Origin: a virus
DNA length: 64,000 nt
IMG/VR virus record: IMGVR_UViG_3300042691_038651
Span: 1 to 64,000 of that record
Strand: one strand, 5' to 3'
The notes beneath the pieces are model-generated. The model ran no database searches. It was not told the DNA's origin and saw nothing but the letters and a program-made list of their open reading frames with translations. Position 1 is the stretch's first letter. Each line of letters opens with the position of its first letter. Shown here one piece after another: positions 19,372 to 28,859 of this stretch. A program made the translations under genes and the position numbers.

Positions 19372-20450
19372 AACTCTTCGAGGAATTCATCTACGAGGAA
19401 AACTTCAAAAGCAAATATGCCAAAAAAGTGGCATGGATCATGCAGTCACACGACATTCATTCCACATCAGGAAATGTAAATGCTCGTGAAAAGAAATACA
19501 ATGTGGCTGCCAAAGGCAATCTCTTCCTTAATTTTGCAACTAAAGAGGAGTTTGACAAGGATGACATTATAGTTCCTAACAACGTTCCTATCCTCTACTA
19601 TGGTGGATCTAAGGACGAGGAATCAGCAACTTTTATCAAAAACAAAAAGATTGTAGTAGATAACCTCTACAATAAGAGAGACTTGCTAATGATTTCTGGA
19701 GATAAAACCCAGTTTGCTGAAAAAGCCAACAAGTTCAACTGGTTGCCAAAGACCGTATTTTCCAAGAAGGAAGCTGTTGACGGCGCGGTAGGATTCCCGG
19801 TAATTGCCAAGATCAAAAACGGTCACAGTGGAAAAGGAATTCAAAAGTTTGACACAGCAGAAGAATTAGAAAAGAGCAAAGAGACGTTTGACCTCTTTTG
19901 CCAGTTTATTGATTTTGACCGTGAGTACCGTGTAATGTTCTGCCGTGACAAGATCATCGTGATCAACGAAAGAGTCCCGACCATCGAGGACAACCGCTCC
20001 ATCCGCACCAAGAAAGCGGATGAAAAAATTAGCTTCACTTATGTCTACCAAGACCAAAATAAAGTTGACAAAAGCTTTATTGAGCAGGTATTGTCAATAT
20101 GTAAAGACGTCAAAACATTCCTCGATTTGGACCTTTGGGCCCTTGATGTGGTGGTAGACAAAAAAGGAAAACTCTGGGTGATGGAAACATCATCTGCGAC
20201 AGGATTGGGTAGCGTGAAAATGTGCGAAGTCTATAAAGCAATCTATGAAGACTTCTACAAGGAGCCGCTTCCCGATGAATTTTTGCAAGACATCTACTTA
20301 AACTATGTAGTTCCCGGACATCAAAACTACTATCCCAAGTACAAAAAAGAAATACAGTCATCGCAGTGGCCGATGGACTATGAAATACTAACCAACCCTA
20401 AAGCCAAAGATGGCTATAGGTACTTTTTCAATCTAGACGTTAAAAAATGA
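19359..20450 (+). CDS. ATP-grasp (RimK-like) ligase with CTS leader
   Basis: MQYVKLFEEFIYE; FPVIAKIKNGHSGKGI, QFID..REYRV, ALDVVVDKKGKLWVMETSS. Confidence 0.8.
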   Translation: MQYVKLFEEFIYEENFKSKYAKKVAWIMQSHDIHSTSGNVNAREKKYNVAAKGNLFLNFATKEEFDKDDIIVPNNVPILYYGGSKDEESATFIKNKKIVVDNLYNKRDLLMISGDKTQFAEKANKFNWLPKTVFSKKEAVDGAVGFPVIAKIKNGHSGKGIQKFDTAEELEKSKETFDLFCQFIDFDREYRVMFCRDKIIVINERVPTIEDNRSIRTKKADEKISFTYVYQDQNKVDKSFIEQVLSICKDVKTFLDLDLWALDVVVDKKGKLWVMETSSATGLGSVKMCEVYKAIYEDFYKEPLPDEFLQDIYLNYVVPGHQNYYPKYKKEIQSSQWPMDYEILTNPKAKDGYRYFFNLDVKK

Positions 20451-21505
20451 GAACCGGAGTTTTTAAGACATCATACAAGGAAAACGAAAAGCGCATTCCA
20501 ATCTATCCTGAGCACATTCGCAAAATCAAGAGAAGTGTTCGTGAACAATTAGTATTTGAAGAAGGTTATGGTCTTGACTATGGATATTCTGATGAAGATC
20601 TAAGAGATCTAGGATGCAGCCTGGCAACAAGAGAAGAACTATATCAATGCGATACGGTCATTCTTCCTAAACCAGTTGCTGCTGACTTGGAAAAACTTAA
20701 GGACGGCGCAGTACTCTGCGGATGGACACATGCTGTTCAGCAGAGAGATATCGCTGACCTGGCTATTGAAAAAGGTCTGACCCTGTTGGCATGGGAAGAG
20801 ATGAACCTAGTCAATAAGCACGGTAAAATGCACATTTTTTACCGTAACAATGAATTGGCCGGGTACGCGGGAATCTTACATTTCCTAGAACTTAAAGGAC
20901 TGGATGGCCACTATGGACCACGCAAAAATGTAGTAATCTTGGGCTATGGCTCGGTTAGTCGCGGGGCAATTTATGCTCTGCAAGGCCGCGGATTCAATAA
21001 TATCGTGGTTTATACACAAAGGCCTTCGCACCTGGTAGTTGACAAAAATCCGGATGTATGGTACAAGTCGTTTAGTACTGACAATTTGATGGAAGACTTG
21101 ATGGGTGCTGACATCATTTTCAATGGAATCTTACAAGACGTAAATGCTCCACTGACCTACATAAAGAACGAGGCGGAACTCAATGCTCTAAAGAATAACA
21201 CTGCTATTATTGACATTAGCTGTGATAAAGGCATGGGATTCTATTTTGCTGAACCTACATCATTTGAAAGTCCTATCATTGAAATGGGTCGTGGAATTTC
21301 ATACTACTCGGTAGACCATACACCTACCTATCTGTGGAATGCAGCATCCCGTGAAATCTCAAGTGCATTGCTTCCATATTTGGAAACTATCGTGGATTCC
21401 AGCAAATGGATCAATGACGCGGTGATCTATAATTCAATTGATATTCTCAATGGTAAAGTGATCAACCAAAATATAAACAAGTTCCAAGGACGTGAAGCAC
21501 ATTAA
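20447..21505 (+). CDS. ceo: N(5)-(carboxyethyl)ornithine synthase-like oxidoreductase (AlaDH/PNT family)
   Basis: KENEKRIPIYP, FEEGYG, GWTHAVQ, AWEEM, NNELAGYAG, Rossmann GYGSVSRGA, DISCD, VDHTPT. Confidence 0.8.
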   Translation: MRTGVFKTSYKENEKRIPIYPEHIRKIKRSVREQLVFEEGYGLDYGYSDEDLRDLGCSLATREELYQCDTVILPKPVAADLEKLKDGAVLCGWTHAVQQRDIADLAIEKGLTLLAWEEMNLVNKHGKMHIFYRNNELAGYAGILHFLELKGLDGHYGPRKNVVILGYGSVSRGAIYALQGRGFNNIVVYTQRPSHLVVDKNPDVWYKSFSTDNLMEDLMGADIIFNGILQDVNAPLTYIKNEAELNALKNNTAIIDISCDKGMGFYFAEPTSFESPIIEMGRGISYYSVDHTPTYLWNAASREISSALLPYLETIVDSSKWINDAVIYNSIDILNGKVINQNINKFQGREAH

Positions 21506-22163
21506 GACATATGAAAGCTACCTATATGAGCAAGCCATTAATGAAATAGGCGAAGGCGTAACTCCATTTGCTTGGAAGCGAGTGGGCTCAGCTAAAGTGG
21601 ATGGCTGGATGGCTGATATGTCTCAACACGACAGAAGCAGCTCGAGCCAAAACATTAGGCTCCCTGACCTAGAATATGAATTTAAGAGTGACAAGACGGA
21701 GTATCTTGTAAAAATTGCTGGTTGGTTTAGCCCTTATACATACATTAATTTTGGTGCCAAAAATCCAAATTGGAAAAAGCCGCATGATTACGATGTATTG
21801 ATTAGTGTTGCTTTTGTTGATAAACACGGCGGAATCGGAACCGACAAAGAAAAGCTCACAAACTATGGCGAACAATTCAAGGTAATTTCAACAGTTTCTG
21901 CCATATTACAAGAAGTAATGAAAGAGTTGCAGGAGATAGAGTGGATCAAAGTTAAAGAAATCTACATAGCTCCTAAATTGGAAGATGCTGATGAAGGCAA
22001 ACCAATTACTCAAACCAAGCGTGGCAGACTCTATCTGGAATACATAAAGAAACAAGGAAGCAAGCTTAAAGGGGATTGGACTGCTTCTATTGAAAAAGAC
22101 TCTTTTGTGATAAGGAGCGGAAAATGGAGTGGTGGCTCACCAGGACAGTTTATACAACTATGA
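21492..22163 (+). CDS. CTS-leader protein
   Basis: GTG start, MKHIKTYESYLYE..INE. Confidence 0.7.
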   Translation: MKHIKTYESYLYEQAINEIGEGVTPFAWKRVGSAKVDGWMADMSQHDRSSSSQNIRLPDLEYEFKSDKTEYLVKIAGWFSPYTYINFGAKNPNWKKPHDYDVLISVAFVDKHGGIGTDKEKLTNYGEQFKVISTVSAILQEVMKELQEIEWIKVKEIYIAPKLEDADEGKPITQTKRGRLYLEYIKKQGSKLKGDWTASIEKDSFVIRSGKWSGGSPGQFIQL

Positions 22164-22714
22164 AATACGTAAAGACATATGAGAGTTTTGTCCATGAAAT
22201 GGAAATACCTTCAGGCAAATGGGTTGAGTATGACTTATCCAAACTTGGTGAAGAAGAGATGAAACTTATTTGGGATATGTACACTGAAACATACGCCAAA
22301 CAAGGTATGGACTTATCGGCCGATGATTGGAAAGAATTGCAGAGTAAATATAAAGCAACTGCTCTTAAAGATGTTGATCGCGATACTGAACCTGATGCAT
22401 TCATAATCTATAAACCAACCAAATGGGGCAACAAGATTGCACTATTAGGAACCAACAATAAGAAGGAAGCTAAATCTGATGTTGTTAAGAAACTTCTAGA
22501 TCTTGTAAAAACTAAAGGTTGGTTTCTTGAGGCAAGTCTCAAAATGGAAGAAATCTTATCAAGCAACAATGCTCCGGTTATTACTGATGAAAAGATGATA
22601 CGCGATGTTGTTGGTGCGGATAAGAAGCCTGAGTTTGAAGAAGATGGTTACTATACAAGGTTCTTATCTAAAGCAGGAAAAAGAATACGTAAAAGAATGT
22701 ACGGCATATTATGA
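22160..22714 (+). CDS. CTS-leader protein
   Basis: MKYVKTYESFVHE; start moved from 22124 to the leader. Confidence 0.7.
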   Translation: MKYVKTYESFVHEMEIPSGKWVEYDLSKLGEEEMKLIWDMYTETYAKQGMDLSADDWKELQSKYKATALKDVDRDTEPDAFIIYKPTKWGNKIALLGTNNKKEAKSDVVKKLLDLVKTKGWFLEASLKMEEILSSNNAPVITDEKMIRDVVGADKKPEFEEDGYYTRFLSKAGKRIRKRMYGIL

Positions 22715-23238
22715 AATACGTAAAGACATTTGAAGACTTTCAGGTTTCCGAAGGATTCCACTACCACATGGAAAACGGGTTGGACATTACTAACAGTGTC
22801 TACCGAATTGGTAGTGATGCCTATAAGCAACTCTTTGAAGAGACTAAAAAGTACTGGGATGAAGGCAATGTAATCTTGAAAGATAAGGCTGCCTGGATGG
22901 CTGCTAATCTGGAAGTTGGAAAGCCTGCCGTTAACAAAGATGGTCGTAAGGTTGAACTTGATACGCCAAGACGCGGTGGAGACAAGAAGTTTGTAGTTTA
23001 CCACAACAGCGGTAAGAAAGATGATGATGGAAACATCATTGCAAACGAAATTACATGGGGTGACACTAGCGGACTTAGCATTAAGAACGATGACCCGAAG
23101 GCTTCTGCCTCTTTCTGGTCTCGCCAACAGTGTGACCTTAAAAAGAAAATGGACCCAAGCACCGCAGGGTTTTGGGCATGCTATGCGCCTTCTCTGTTTG
23201 GTAAACAACTCGGTTTAAGCTCCGAAGAACCTTGGTAA
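22711..23238 (+). CDS. CTS-leader protein with a conserved phage domain (DUF6321-like, from recall)
   Basis: MKYVKTFEDFQVSE|G; KKFVVY...WGD..GLSIK...SFWSRQQC...AGFWAC. Confidence 0.6.
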   Translation: MKYVKTFEDFQVSEGFHYHMENGLDITNSVYRIGSDAYKQLFEETKKYWDEGNVILKDKAAWMAANLEVGKPAVNKDGRKVELDTPRRGGDKKFVVYHNSGKKDDDGNIIANEITWGDTSGLSIKNDDPKASASFWSRQQCDLKKKMDPSTAGFWACYAPSLFGKQLGLSSEEPW

Positions 23239-23263
23239 TATATAGCAAAAATACAAAACAATC

Positions 23264-23833
23264 ATGACTCAGGTAAAAACTTTTTCAGAAAGTCTAAAAA
23301 AGAGAAGTATAAATGAAGCAATTACAGTAGGCGGACCTATTGCAAAGCCAAATGCATTACCAGGTGAGGTTGAGAAAACTCTCAATGACCGTTTAGGAGA
23401 TGAGTACACTGCGTACTATTTCTATCAAAATGCAGCTAACTGGTGCAAGAATGCCAATTACAAAAAGGCAGCAGCTTTCTTTGAAGCTGAAGCAGCCGGT
23501 GAACTTGGTCACGCTCAAGGAATTCAGGACTATCTAACATCTTGGAATCTTCTTCCTGCAATTCCGTCAGTGCCAACACAGGTACAATTCTCTAGCCTGG
23601 TTGATATCATCAATAAGGCATACGAATTAGAGTACGCTCTATTGCAAAAGTATTCTGACAATCAGTTAGAACTTGATAAAACGCATCCTGCAGCCTTCAA
23701 CTTCATTCAGAAGTACGTGGACATTCAGGTAGGTGAAGTTACTGAATACTCAGACTACCTAAATGCTCTTGAGCTTGTGAACGTAGACAACCGTCTTGAT
23801 GTTCTCTACTTTGAAAACCAATACTTTGGATAA
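23264..23833 (+). CDS. ferritin with CTS-like leader
   Basis: MTQVKTFSE...INE|A; EYTAYYFY, FFEAEAAGELGHA, AYELE, Q..EVTE ferroxidase-like residues. Confidence 0.8.
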   Translation: MTQVKTFSESLKKRSINEAITVGGPIAKPNALPGEVEKTLNDRLGDEYTAYYFYQNAANWCKNANYKKAAAFFEAEAAGELGHAQGIQDYLTSWNLLPAIPSVPTQVQFSSLVDIINKAYELEYALLQKYSDNQLELDKTHPAAFNFIQKYVDIQVGEVTEYSDYLNALELVNVDNRLDVLYFENQYFG

Positions 23834-23834
23834 G

Positions 23835-24548
23835 ATGAAACACATCAAAACATTTGAAAGCTTCGTTAACGAAGCACAAGACCTGGTAACATTTACCATT
23901 GACGATGATAAGCTCGACCAGCTTCTTCATGATTTTCATAAGAGAGAACTGGACTATGTAGATGTTAAAGGCGACCAGTATTACACACTGCCTCGTAGAG
24001 AATTCGATAGATTTATGGATGCTGCGGACAGCAAAGGATTCGATGTAGACTATGAAGGGTCTGAAGACTCCGTTGTCTATGTGATGGAATCTTCTATGAC
24101 AAAACTGAGTGAAGGGTATATGAGCGAACTTGATATCATACGTCAAGAGAGCAAGACTCTTGAAGAGTTCATCAAAAAAGGAAAAGCTGCTTTCCCGAAA
24201 ATTGCAAAGATGCATCATGCTGATGATTTCTTCAAAGAACTTTGGAATATGGCTCAGCAGATAAAAGAAGGTTTAAACGAATCCACCAACAGATGGTACA
24301 ATAAGATGTTGAGTCTTGGTAAATTAGGCGTTCAATTCAAATGGGTTAGTGATTTGGTCTCTCAGTCAGAAGGACTTAAAGATTCAGTAAAGAAGCACTT
24401 TTCCGGTGTAAATGAAAGAGATTTGGCAATAATTTTCAAAAGAGAAGCTGGTGCCAAATGGGATAAAGCATGCGAAATTTTTGGTGGAGTTCTCGGCAAT
24501 GATAAATCATCAGGAGAATTTGCAATTGTAAATGTAAGAACTGCATAA
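23835..24548 (+). CDS. CTS-leader three-module protein
   Basis: MKHIKTFESFVNE|A; internal VMESSMTKLSE|G and IKEGLNE|S. Confidence 0.7.
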   Translation: MKHIKTFESFVNEAQDLVTFTIDDDKLDQLLHDFHKRELDYVDVKGDQYYTLPRREFDRFMDAADSKGFDVDYEGSEDSVVYVMESSMTKLSEGYMSELDIIRQESKTLEEFIKKGKAAFPKIAKMHHADDFFKELWNMAQQIKEGLNESTNRWYNKMLSLGKLGVQFKWVSDLVSQSEGLKDSVKKHFSGVNERDLAIIFKREAGAKWDKACEIFGGVLGNDKSSGEFAIVNVRTA

Positions 24549-24835
24549 TGAAACCTTTCAAAGAGGAGAAACTAGAAGAGACCGTCTACGTAAGGACATT
24601 TTCTTCGGAAACTCCAGAATCCGAGCTAAAGTGGCATTGGGACGAGGAGGATAGAATTGTAGAAGCAATTGAACCAACTGACTGGAAGTTTCAGTTTGAC
24701 AATCAACTGCCGATAGCGTTTGACAAGCCAATACGAGTGGATGCCGGAGATTTTCACAGAGTCATTAAGGGATCTGGAAATCTAGTTGTAAAGGTCACAA
24801 AACTTCCTACAGCGGAGAGGATAAATAGACTGTAA
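24548..24835 (+). CDS. small cupin-like protein
   Basis: ELKWHWDEEDR...WKFQFDNQLP...FHRVIKG. Confidence 0.55.
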   Translation: MKPFKEEKLEETVYVRTFSSETPESELKWHWDEEDRIVEAIEPTDWKFQFDNQLPIAFDKPIRVDAGDFHRVIKGSGNLVVKVTKLPTAERINRL

Positions 24836-24850
24836 AAAATCACATTAGAA

Positions 24851-25384
24851 ATGAAACACGTAAATAACTATGAAGGCTATTTGAAGGAAAGCAATTCCTT
24901 TGACGGCATGTTAAATGAGGGTACTACTCTCTATATTAGCGATCCTAAATTTAAGGATGTTGAAACTCTGAAAGCTGACATTCTTAAAAATGCAGGTCCT
25001 GCACTTAATGATTTGCTAAGTCGCCAAGGTATCAAGTACAATCCGTTGACCGCTGCTGATAGAAGAGGAACCCGCATTACATTTGAAAGTAAGCCACTAA
25101 CTGGCAACGATCTTGGTGTTATGCAATACGGATTCAAAGAGGTTTACATCAATATCTTTAATGGTGGAGATTACCCGCAAATCAACAAGGCTGCTGGTGA
25201 AAACTTTGAGTTCTCTCCTTACATCTGGGCTACTCTAAACTATATGTACCAGCATGTGCTTGGTGGATCTAATGGATGCGGTTTGGTATTTCCAGGAGAA
25301 GACCGTGATTCAATCTACTATGATGTGGTAGGTGGAAAATGGTTAACAGCAACAGAAGCTAGCAAACGCAAAGACTGGAAATAA
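24851..25384 (+). CDS. CTS-leader protein
   Basis: MKHVNNYEGYLKE..MLNE|G; upstream GATAAATAG. Confidence 0.65.
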   Translation: MKHVNNYEGYLKESNSFDGMLNEGTTLYISDPKFKDVETLKADILKNAGPALNDLLSRQGIKYNPLTAADRRGTRITFESKPLTGNDLGVMQYGFKEVYINIFNGGDYPQINKAAGENFEFSPYIWATLNYMYQHVLGGSNGCGLVFPGEDRDSIYYDVVGGKWLTATEASKRKDWK

Positions 25385-25401
25385 TGAACTTCTTTTTCAA
25401 T

Positions 25402-25755
25402 ATGAAACACATCAAACTCTTCGAAGAATATCGATACGAGACTCGTGATATGTCATATTGGACATCCCAAAAGTCAGAGGATGAATACTTAAAAGGCCGC
25501 TTTCCTTGGTTAGCTACTAGCATAACAAAAGAATCTGAGCTTTCTGCGTTCGTAACCAAATGTATTGAAAGATGGAATCGTGAAGGCGAAAAGAACGAAC
25601 AGGTTACCAAGAAAGCCGCTGATACTGTTCAGAAGATTGCGCTAAAATACTTTCAACAATTTAATACCATTGATGGCTTTATCATAAATGCAATGATTAG
25701 AGAATTGCCAAAAACTGGAATAAAACTAAAAGATCTTGCAAATGAAGTACGTTAA
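25402..25755 (+). CDS. CTS-leader protein, homologous to the last module of 43224..44009
   Basis: MKHIKLFEEYRYE; DMSYW...YFQQFNTIDGFIINAMI. Confidence 0.7.
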   Translation: MKHIKLFEEYRYETRDMSYWTSQKSEDEYLKGRFPWLATSITKESELSAFVTKCIERWNREGEKNEQVTKKAADTVQKIALKYFQQFNTIDGFIINAMIRELPKTGIKLKDLANEVR

Positions 25756-26626
25756 GCTATTTGAGCAATTCATATTGGAAAGTGGTAATAGCGTAGACGG
25801 AGCAATTCCGTTTAAGCAAGACCAGGTAATGCCTACCGTTGATTGGGTAGTCAAAAACATTTTTCCGGAGCTTGGTCTTGTAGGACTTGACGATGATTCA
25901 GCAATTCTTGGTAGCGCTGGAAAAAAATTAGCTGACCAGACCAGCGGAGACGTTGATTTGGCAGTATCGGCTGACAAGATTGCAGGACACTTAGGCGTAT
26001 CTCTAGATAAAACATTATTTGCTCTAAACGATAAACTAAAGAGCATGGGATATTCTACCAAAATGGCGGTAGGATTCAACCAGGTGAGTATTGGCGTTCC
26101 TATTGCAGGAGATCCTAAAAATGGAGTTGGCCAATTAGACTTTATGCTATCCACTGACCTGGATTGGAGCAAATTCATTTATCATTCACCCGACTTCCGC
26201 GCTGCGGAGTCAAAATACAAAGGAGCTTACCGTAACCTGTTGCTCATGGCAACAATTGGCAAGTCATTCTTTGAAATCACCAAATCAACAGATAAAGGCG
26301 AGGTTGCTGAATACAAAGCATACGTTGTCCGCCTTAATCAGGGTATTGTGGAAGTTCGTAAGTCTTTCGAAGGAAAAAAAGGACTTGTGAAAACTGCACA
26401 GCTACTTAAACAATACGACAAAGAAATCACACGAGAACCACAAAAAGTGGTAGACCTTCTATTTAATGGAGGGCACAAGCCGTCTGACATCGATACCTAC
26501 GAAAAGCTATTGTCATTACTACAATCCGGAGACTTCAAATATCCGAACGTAATGAATGATATCTTATCCGACTTCAAAGGTAAGCTGGAAGACGCTGGGC
26601 TTCCTCTACCTGAAGGCCTCGGATAA
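25742..26626 (+). CDS. Pol-beta-type nucleotidyltransferase with CTS leader
   Basis: MKYVKLFEQFILE|S; LGSAGKK...SGDVDLAV (GS...DxD); third Asp in QLDFM. Confidence 0.7.
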   Translation: MKYVKLFEQFILESGNSVDGAIPFKQDQVMPTVDWVVKNIFPELGLVGLDDDSAILGSAGKKLADQTSGDVDLAVSADKIAGHLGVSLDKTLFALNDKLKSMGYSTKMAVGFNQVSIGVPIAGDPKNGVGQLDFMLSTDLDWSKFIYHSPDFRAAESKYKGAYRNLLLMATIGKSFFEITKSTDKGEVAEYKAYVVRLNQGIVEVRKSFEGKKGLVKTAQLLKQYDKEITREPQKVVDLLFNGGHKPSDIDTYEKLLSLLQSGDFKYPNVMNDILSDFKGKLEDAGLPLPEGLG

Positions 26627-26636
26627 ATAAGATATC

Positions 26637-28313
26637 ATGGCAGGAATCAACACACTACAAGAGGTTTACAAAAAGCGAGGAGAAGAATGGACAAGAGAAT
26701 TCTTGTCATCTGAACTACGCATCACAGAAAAAGCAGAGGCATACCGCTTCTCTTTTGAGTTGTCAAAAAACGGGAAGCTGCGTTTCTATGGAAAGAACGC
26801 GGAAGATCCGTTAAATAGAATTGACAGAACAGTTAGCGATTTGTATGAGAGCGCCATCGGCAAAATTGAAAAGTTGCCCGACGCAATCATAGGCAACCTG
26901 CCTCGCAGTCATAGATTTGGCTTTAATTGGGCTCCGGATAACGGGCTTACTCTAACCGACATCACAGTACGTCAACATGGCAAAGTCACCAAACAGATTC
27001 ACGAGAAAACTGTATTGGAGAGATGGGCATCGCTGTTACACGTAAAGTACGGTGAAGAGGTCTACAAAGGAAAGCTGGAAGAGACCAAGGTAGAAACCTT
27101 AATGGAAAGCCTTCGTCGAGGGGAATCTCCTCTATTTGAAACTATCAGCAATCAAAAGACTTACATTATTCGTGGTGAAGAAGGTATTGCCAAAATTACG
27201 CCATCACAGCCAAGACAGATTCGTGAACAAAAAAGTCACGGATTTGATCTCTTGCTATTGCAGATCTATGAACACCTAGAAGGAATTGATTTTGAAAAAT
27301 TTGTGTTTAGGTCAGAACGTCCAGACGAGAGATACCTAGAAATTGTATGCGAAGCTTTTAATCACTTTGTTGCTGAACGAGGCGTAGAATTCCTGGAGAT
27401 GGGAATCAAAAAGCCAACGTTCCTGGAAAAATCTGGTAAGTTTAACCCAAAATGGATCCGCAATAATCGTACACTTTCATACATTAGCGAGAGCAAAGAC
27501 TATGAGTATTTGCTTAGCATATTCATCACAAACTTAAGAAAACCCAAGAAGGCAACTGGGTTATTGACAGAATCTTTTGTTGACAACTACAACAAAACAA
27601 TTCACAGCATTGACGAGGCTGTTCGAAATGCAGATGACTATGAATTCCCAGAGTTTAACAGCATCTTGGAAAAGGAAAACGATCTGAGAACAGACAATGG
27701 ATTCTCGGAAGACGATTCCATGAAAGCCGTTGCAATGATGCAAGCAGTTTTTGCTCTTCCATATCGCGGAACACACGAAGAGGAAGAACCCGAAGTAAAA
27801 CATGAATGCAATGTATTGGCAATGAACATGGGACAGTTTACCAATAAGGTTCTTAATGAATGCGAACGTATTCTCAAGCTTACTGGTAAAGGCTTTACAT
27901 TGATACACGATATCAATGCAGGAGAAAACTGTAAATGGGGTATGGCAAAAGAGGATGGTGCCCGAGCTGCAAATCAGCTAGTCAAAGATTATCCTCATAT
28001 TTTTGAATGTTCCGAGTCTCTATCAAATCCTACAATTGCAGCAATACAAAAAGCTGCAGGACCGAGAGATGTAAAGAGAATATACACAGGAAGATCATGT
28101 GATTCATTAGTAAAGGAATGCGACCTACAAAATACCATCAGTGGAAAGAAACTGGACCTTGAGATAACAAAGGTTGCCGGCAACTCTGACCGTGAAATTG
28201 AGGAATGCATGGACCGTGAAGATTACAAAACTTTCAAGGAGATTTTCCCTGACAGCATACAAAAGTTTTGGGAACCTATGAGAACTCAATGGAACTCTAA
28301 GGCATACCTCTAA
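26637..28313 (+). CDS. hypothetical 558-aa protein, possibly a degenerate ligase-like + HxGH-like fusion
   Basis: ITEKAEA sits at the ligase motif I position; the C-terminus resembles the end of 17802..18380; upstream GATAAATAA. Confidence 0.5.
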   Translation: MAGINTLQEVYKKRGEEWTREFLSSELRITEKAEAYRFSFELSKNGKLRFYGKNAEDPLNRIDRTVSDLYESAIGKIEKLPDAIIGNLPRSHRFGFNWAPDNGLTLTDITVRQHGKVTKQIHEKTVLERWASLLHVKYGEEVYKGKLEETKVETLMESLRRGESPLFETISNQKTYIIRGEEGIAKITPSQPRQIREQKSHGFDLLLLQIYEHLEGIDFEKFVFRSERPDERYLEIVCEAFNHFVAERGVEFLEMGIKKPTFLEKSGKFNPKWIRNNRTLSYISESKDYEYLLSIFITNLRKPKKATGLLTESFVDNYNKTIHSIDEAVRNADDYEFPEFNSILEKENDLRTDNGFSEDDSMKAVAMMQAVFALPYRGTHEEEEPEVKHECNVLAMNMGQFTNKVLNECERILKLTGKGFTLIHDINAGENCKWGMAKEDGARAANQLVKDYPHIFECSESLSNPTIAAIQKAAGPRDVKRIYTGRSCDSLVKECDLQNTISGKKLDLEITKVAGNSDREIEECMDREDYKTFKEIFPDSIQKFWEPMRTQWNSKAYL

Positions 28314-28341
28314 AGATATATAGCAAAAATAAACTAGACAA

Positions 28342-28677
28342 ATGAGCCAAGTACTTTCATATGATCAATTTTTGAATGAGGCACTTCTTGTTGTAAAGAG
28401 AAAATACACGGACTTGCATCCGGAAAAGAAAGTTTCTAACTATGCTCCAGTAAGAGAACGCGTTCTCTCATTTATCAAGGAAAAAGGATCTGTCTCTGAA
28501 AAAGAGTTGCAGGAATTTCTCCGAATGATGAATGAAGAAACTGGGCGCAAGACAACAATGGGATGGGTGAAGGCCAATGATAAGTTTTTCACTGTCAAAA
28601 ATAACGAGGGTGAAAAAATGTATTCGCTTTCTAAAGATGGACATCGAGTTCACGATAAACTAACCTCAATTAAGTAA
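28342..28677 (+). CDS. CTS-leader protein, winged-helix-like
   Basis: MSQVLSYDQFLNE|A; RERVLSFIKEKGSVSEKEL...YSLSKDG. Confidence 0.6.
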   Translation: MSQVLSYDQFLNEALLVVKRKYTDLHPEKKVSNYAPVRERVLSFIKEKGSVSEKELQEFLRMMNEETGRKTTMGWVKANDKFFTVKNNEGEKMYSLSKDGHRVHDKLTSIK

Positions 28678-28859
28678 TGAAAAGTTTTGGAGAGTTCAAA
28701 GAAAAAATTGCAATTGAGGAAGCTCTAATTCCTGAGCTTAAAGAAATCCTCAAACATTTTGATGAAGCAGCAAACAAGGCCGAAGAGATGAACATGAAAC
28801 AGACTTTACAGGCTATTGAAAATGCTCGTCAAGAAATCATAACATTAAGCGGTAAATAA
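28677..28859 (+). CDS. small CTS-like protein
   Basis: MKSFGEFKEKIAIEE|A. Confidence 0.55.
   Translation: MKSFGEFKEKIAIEEALIPELKEILKHFDEAANKAEEMNMKQTLQAIENARQEIITLSGK

Noticed and set aside
24548-24835. MKPFKEE as another CTS leader
   Set aside because: It lacks the F/Y-x-x-F/Y-(L/I)-x-E pattern, so it was not counted.
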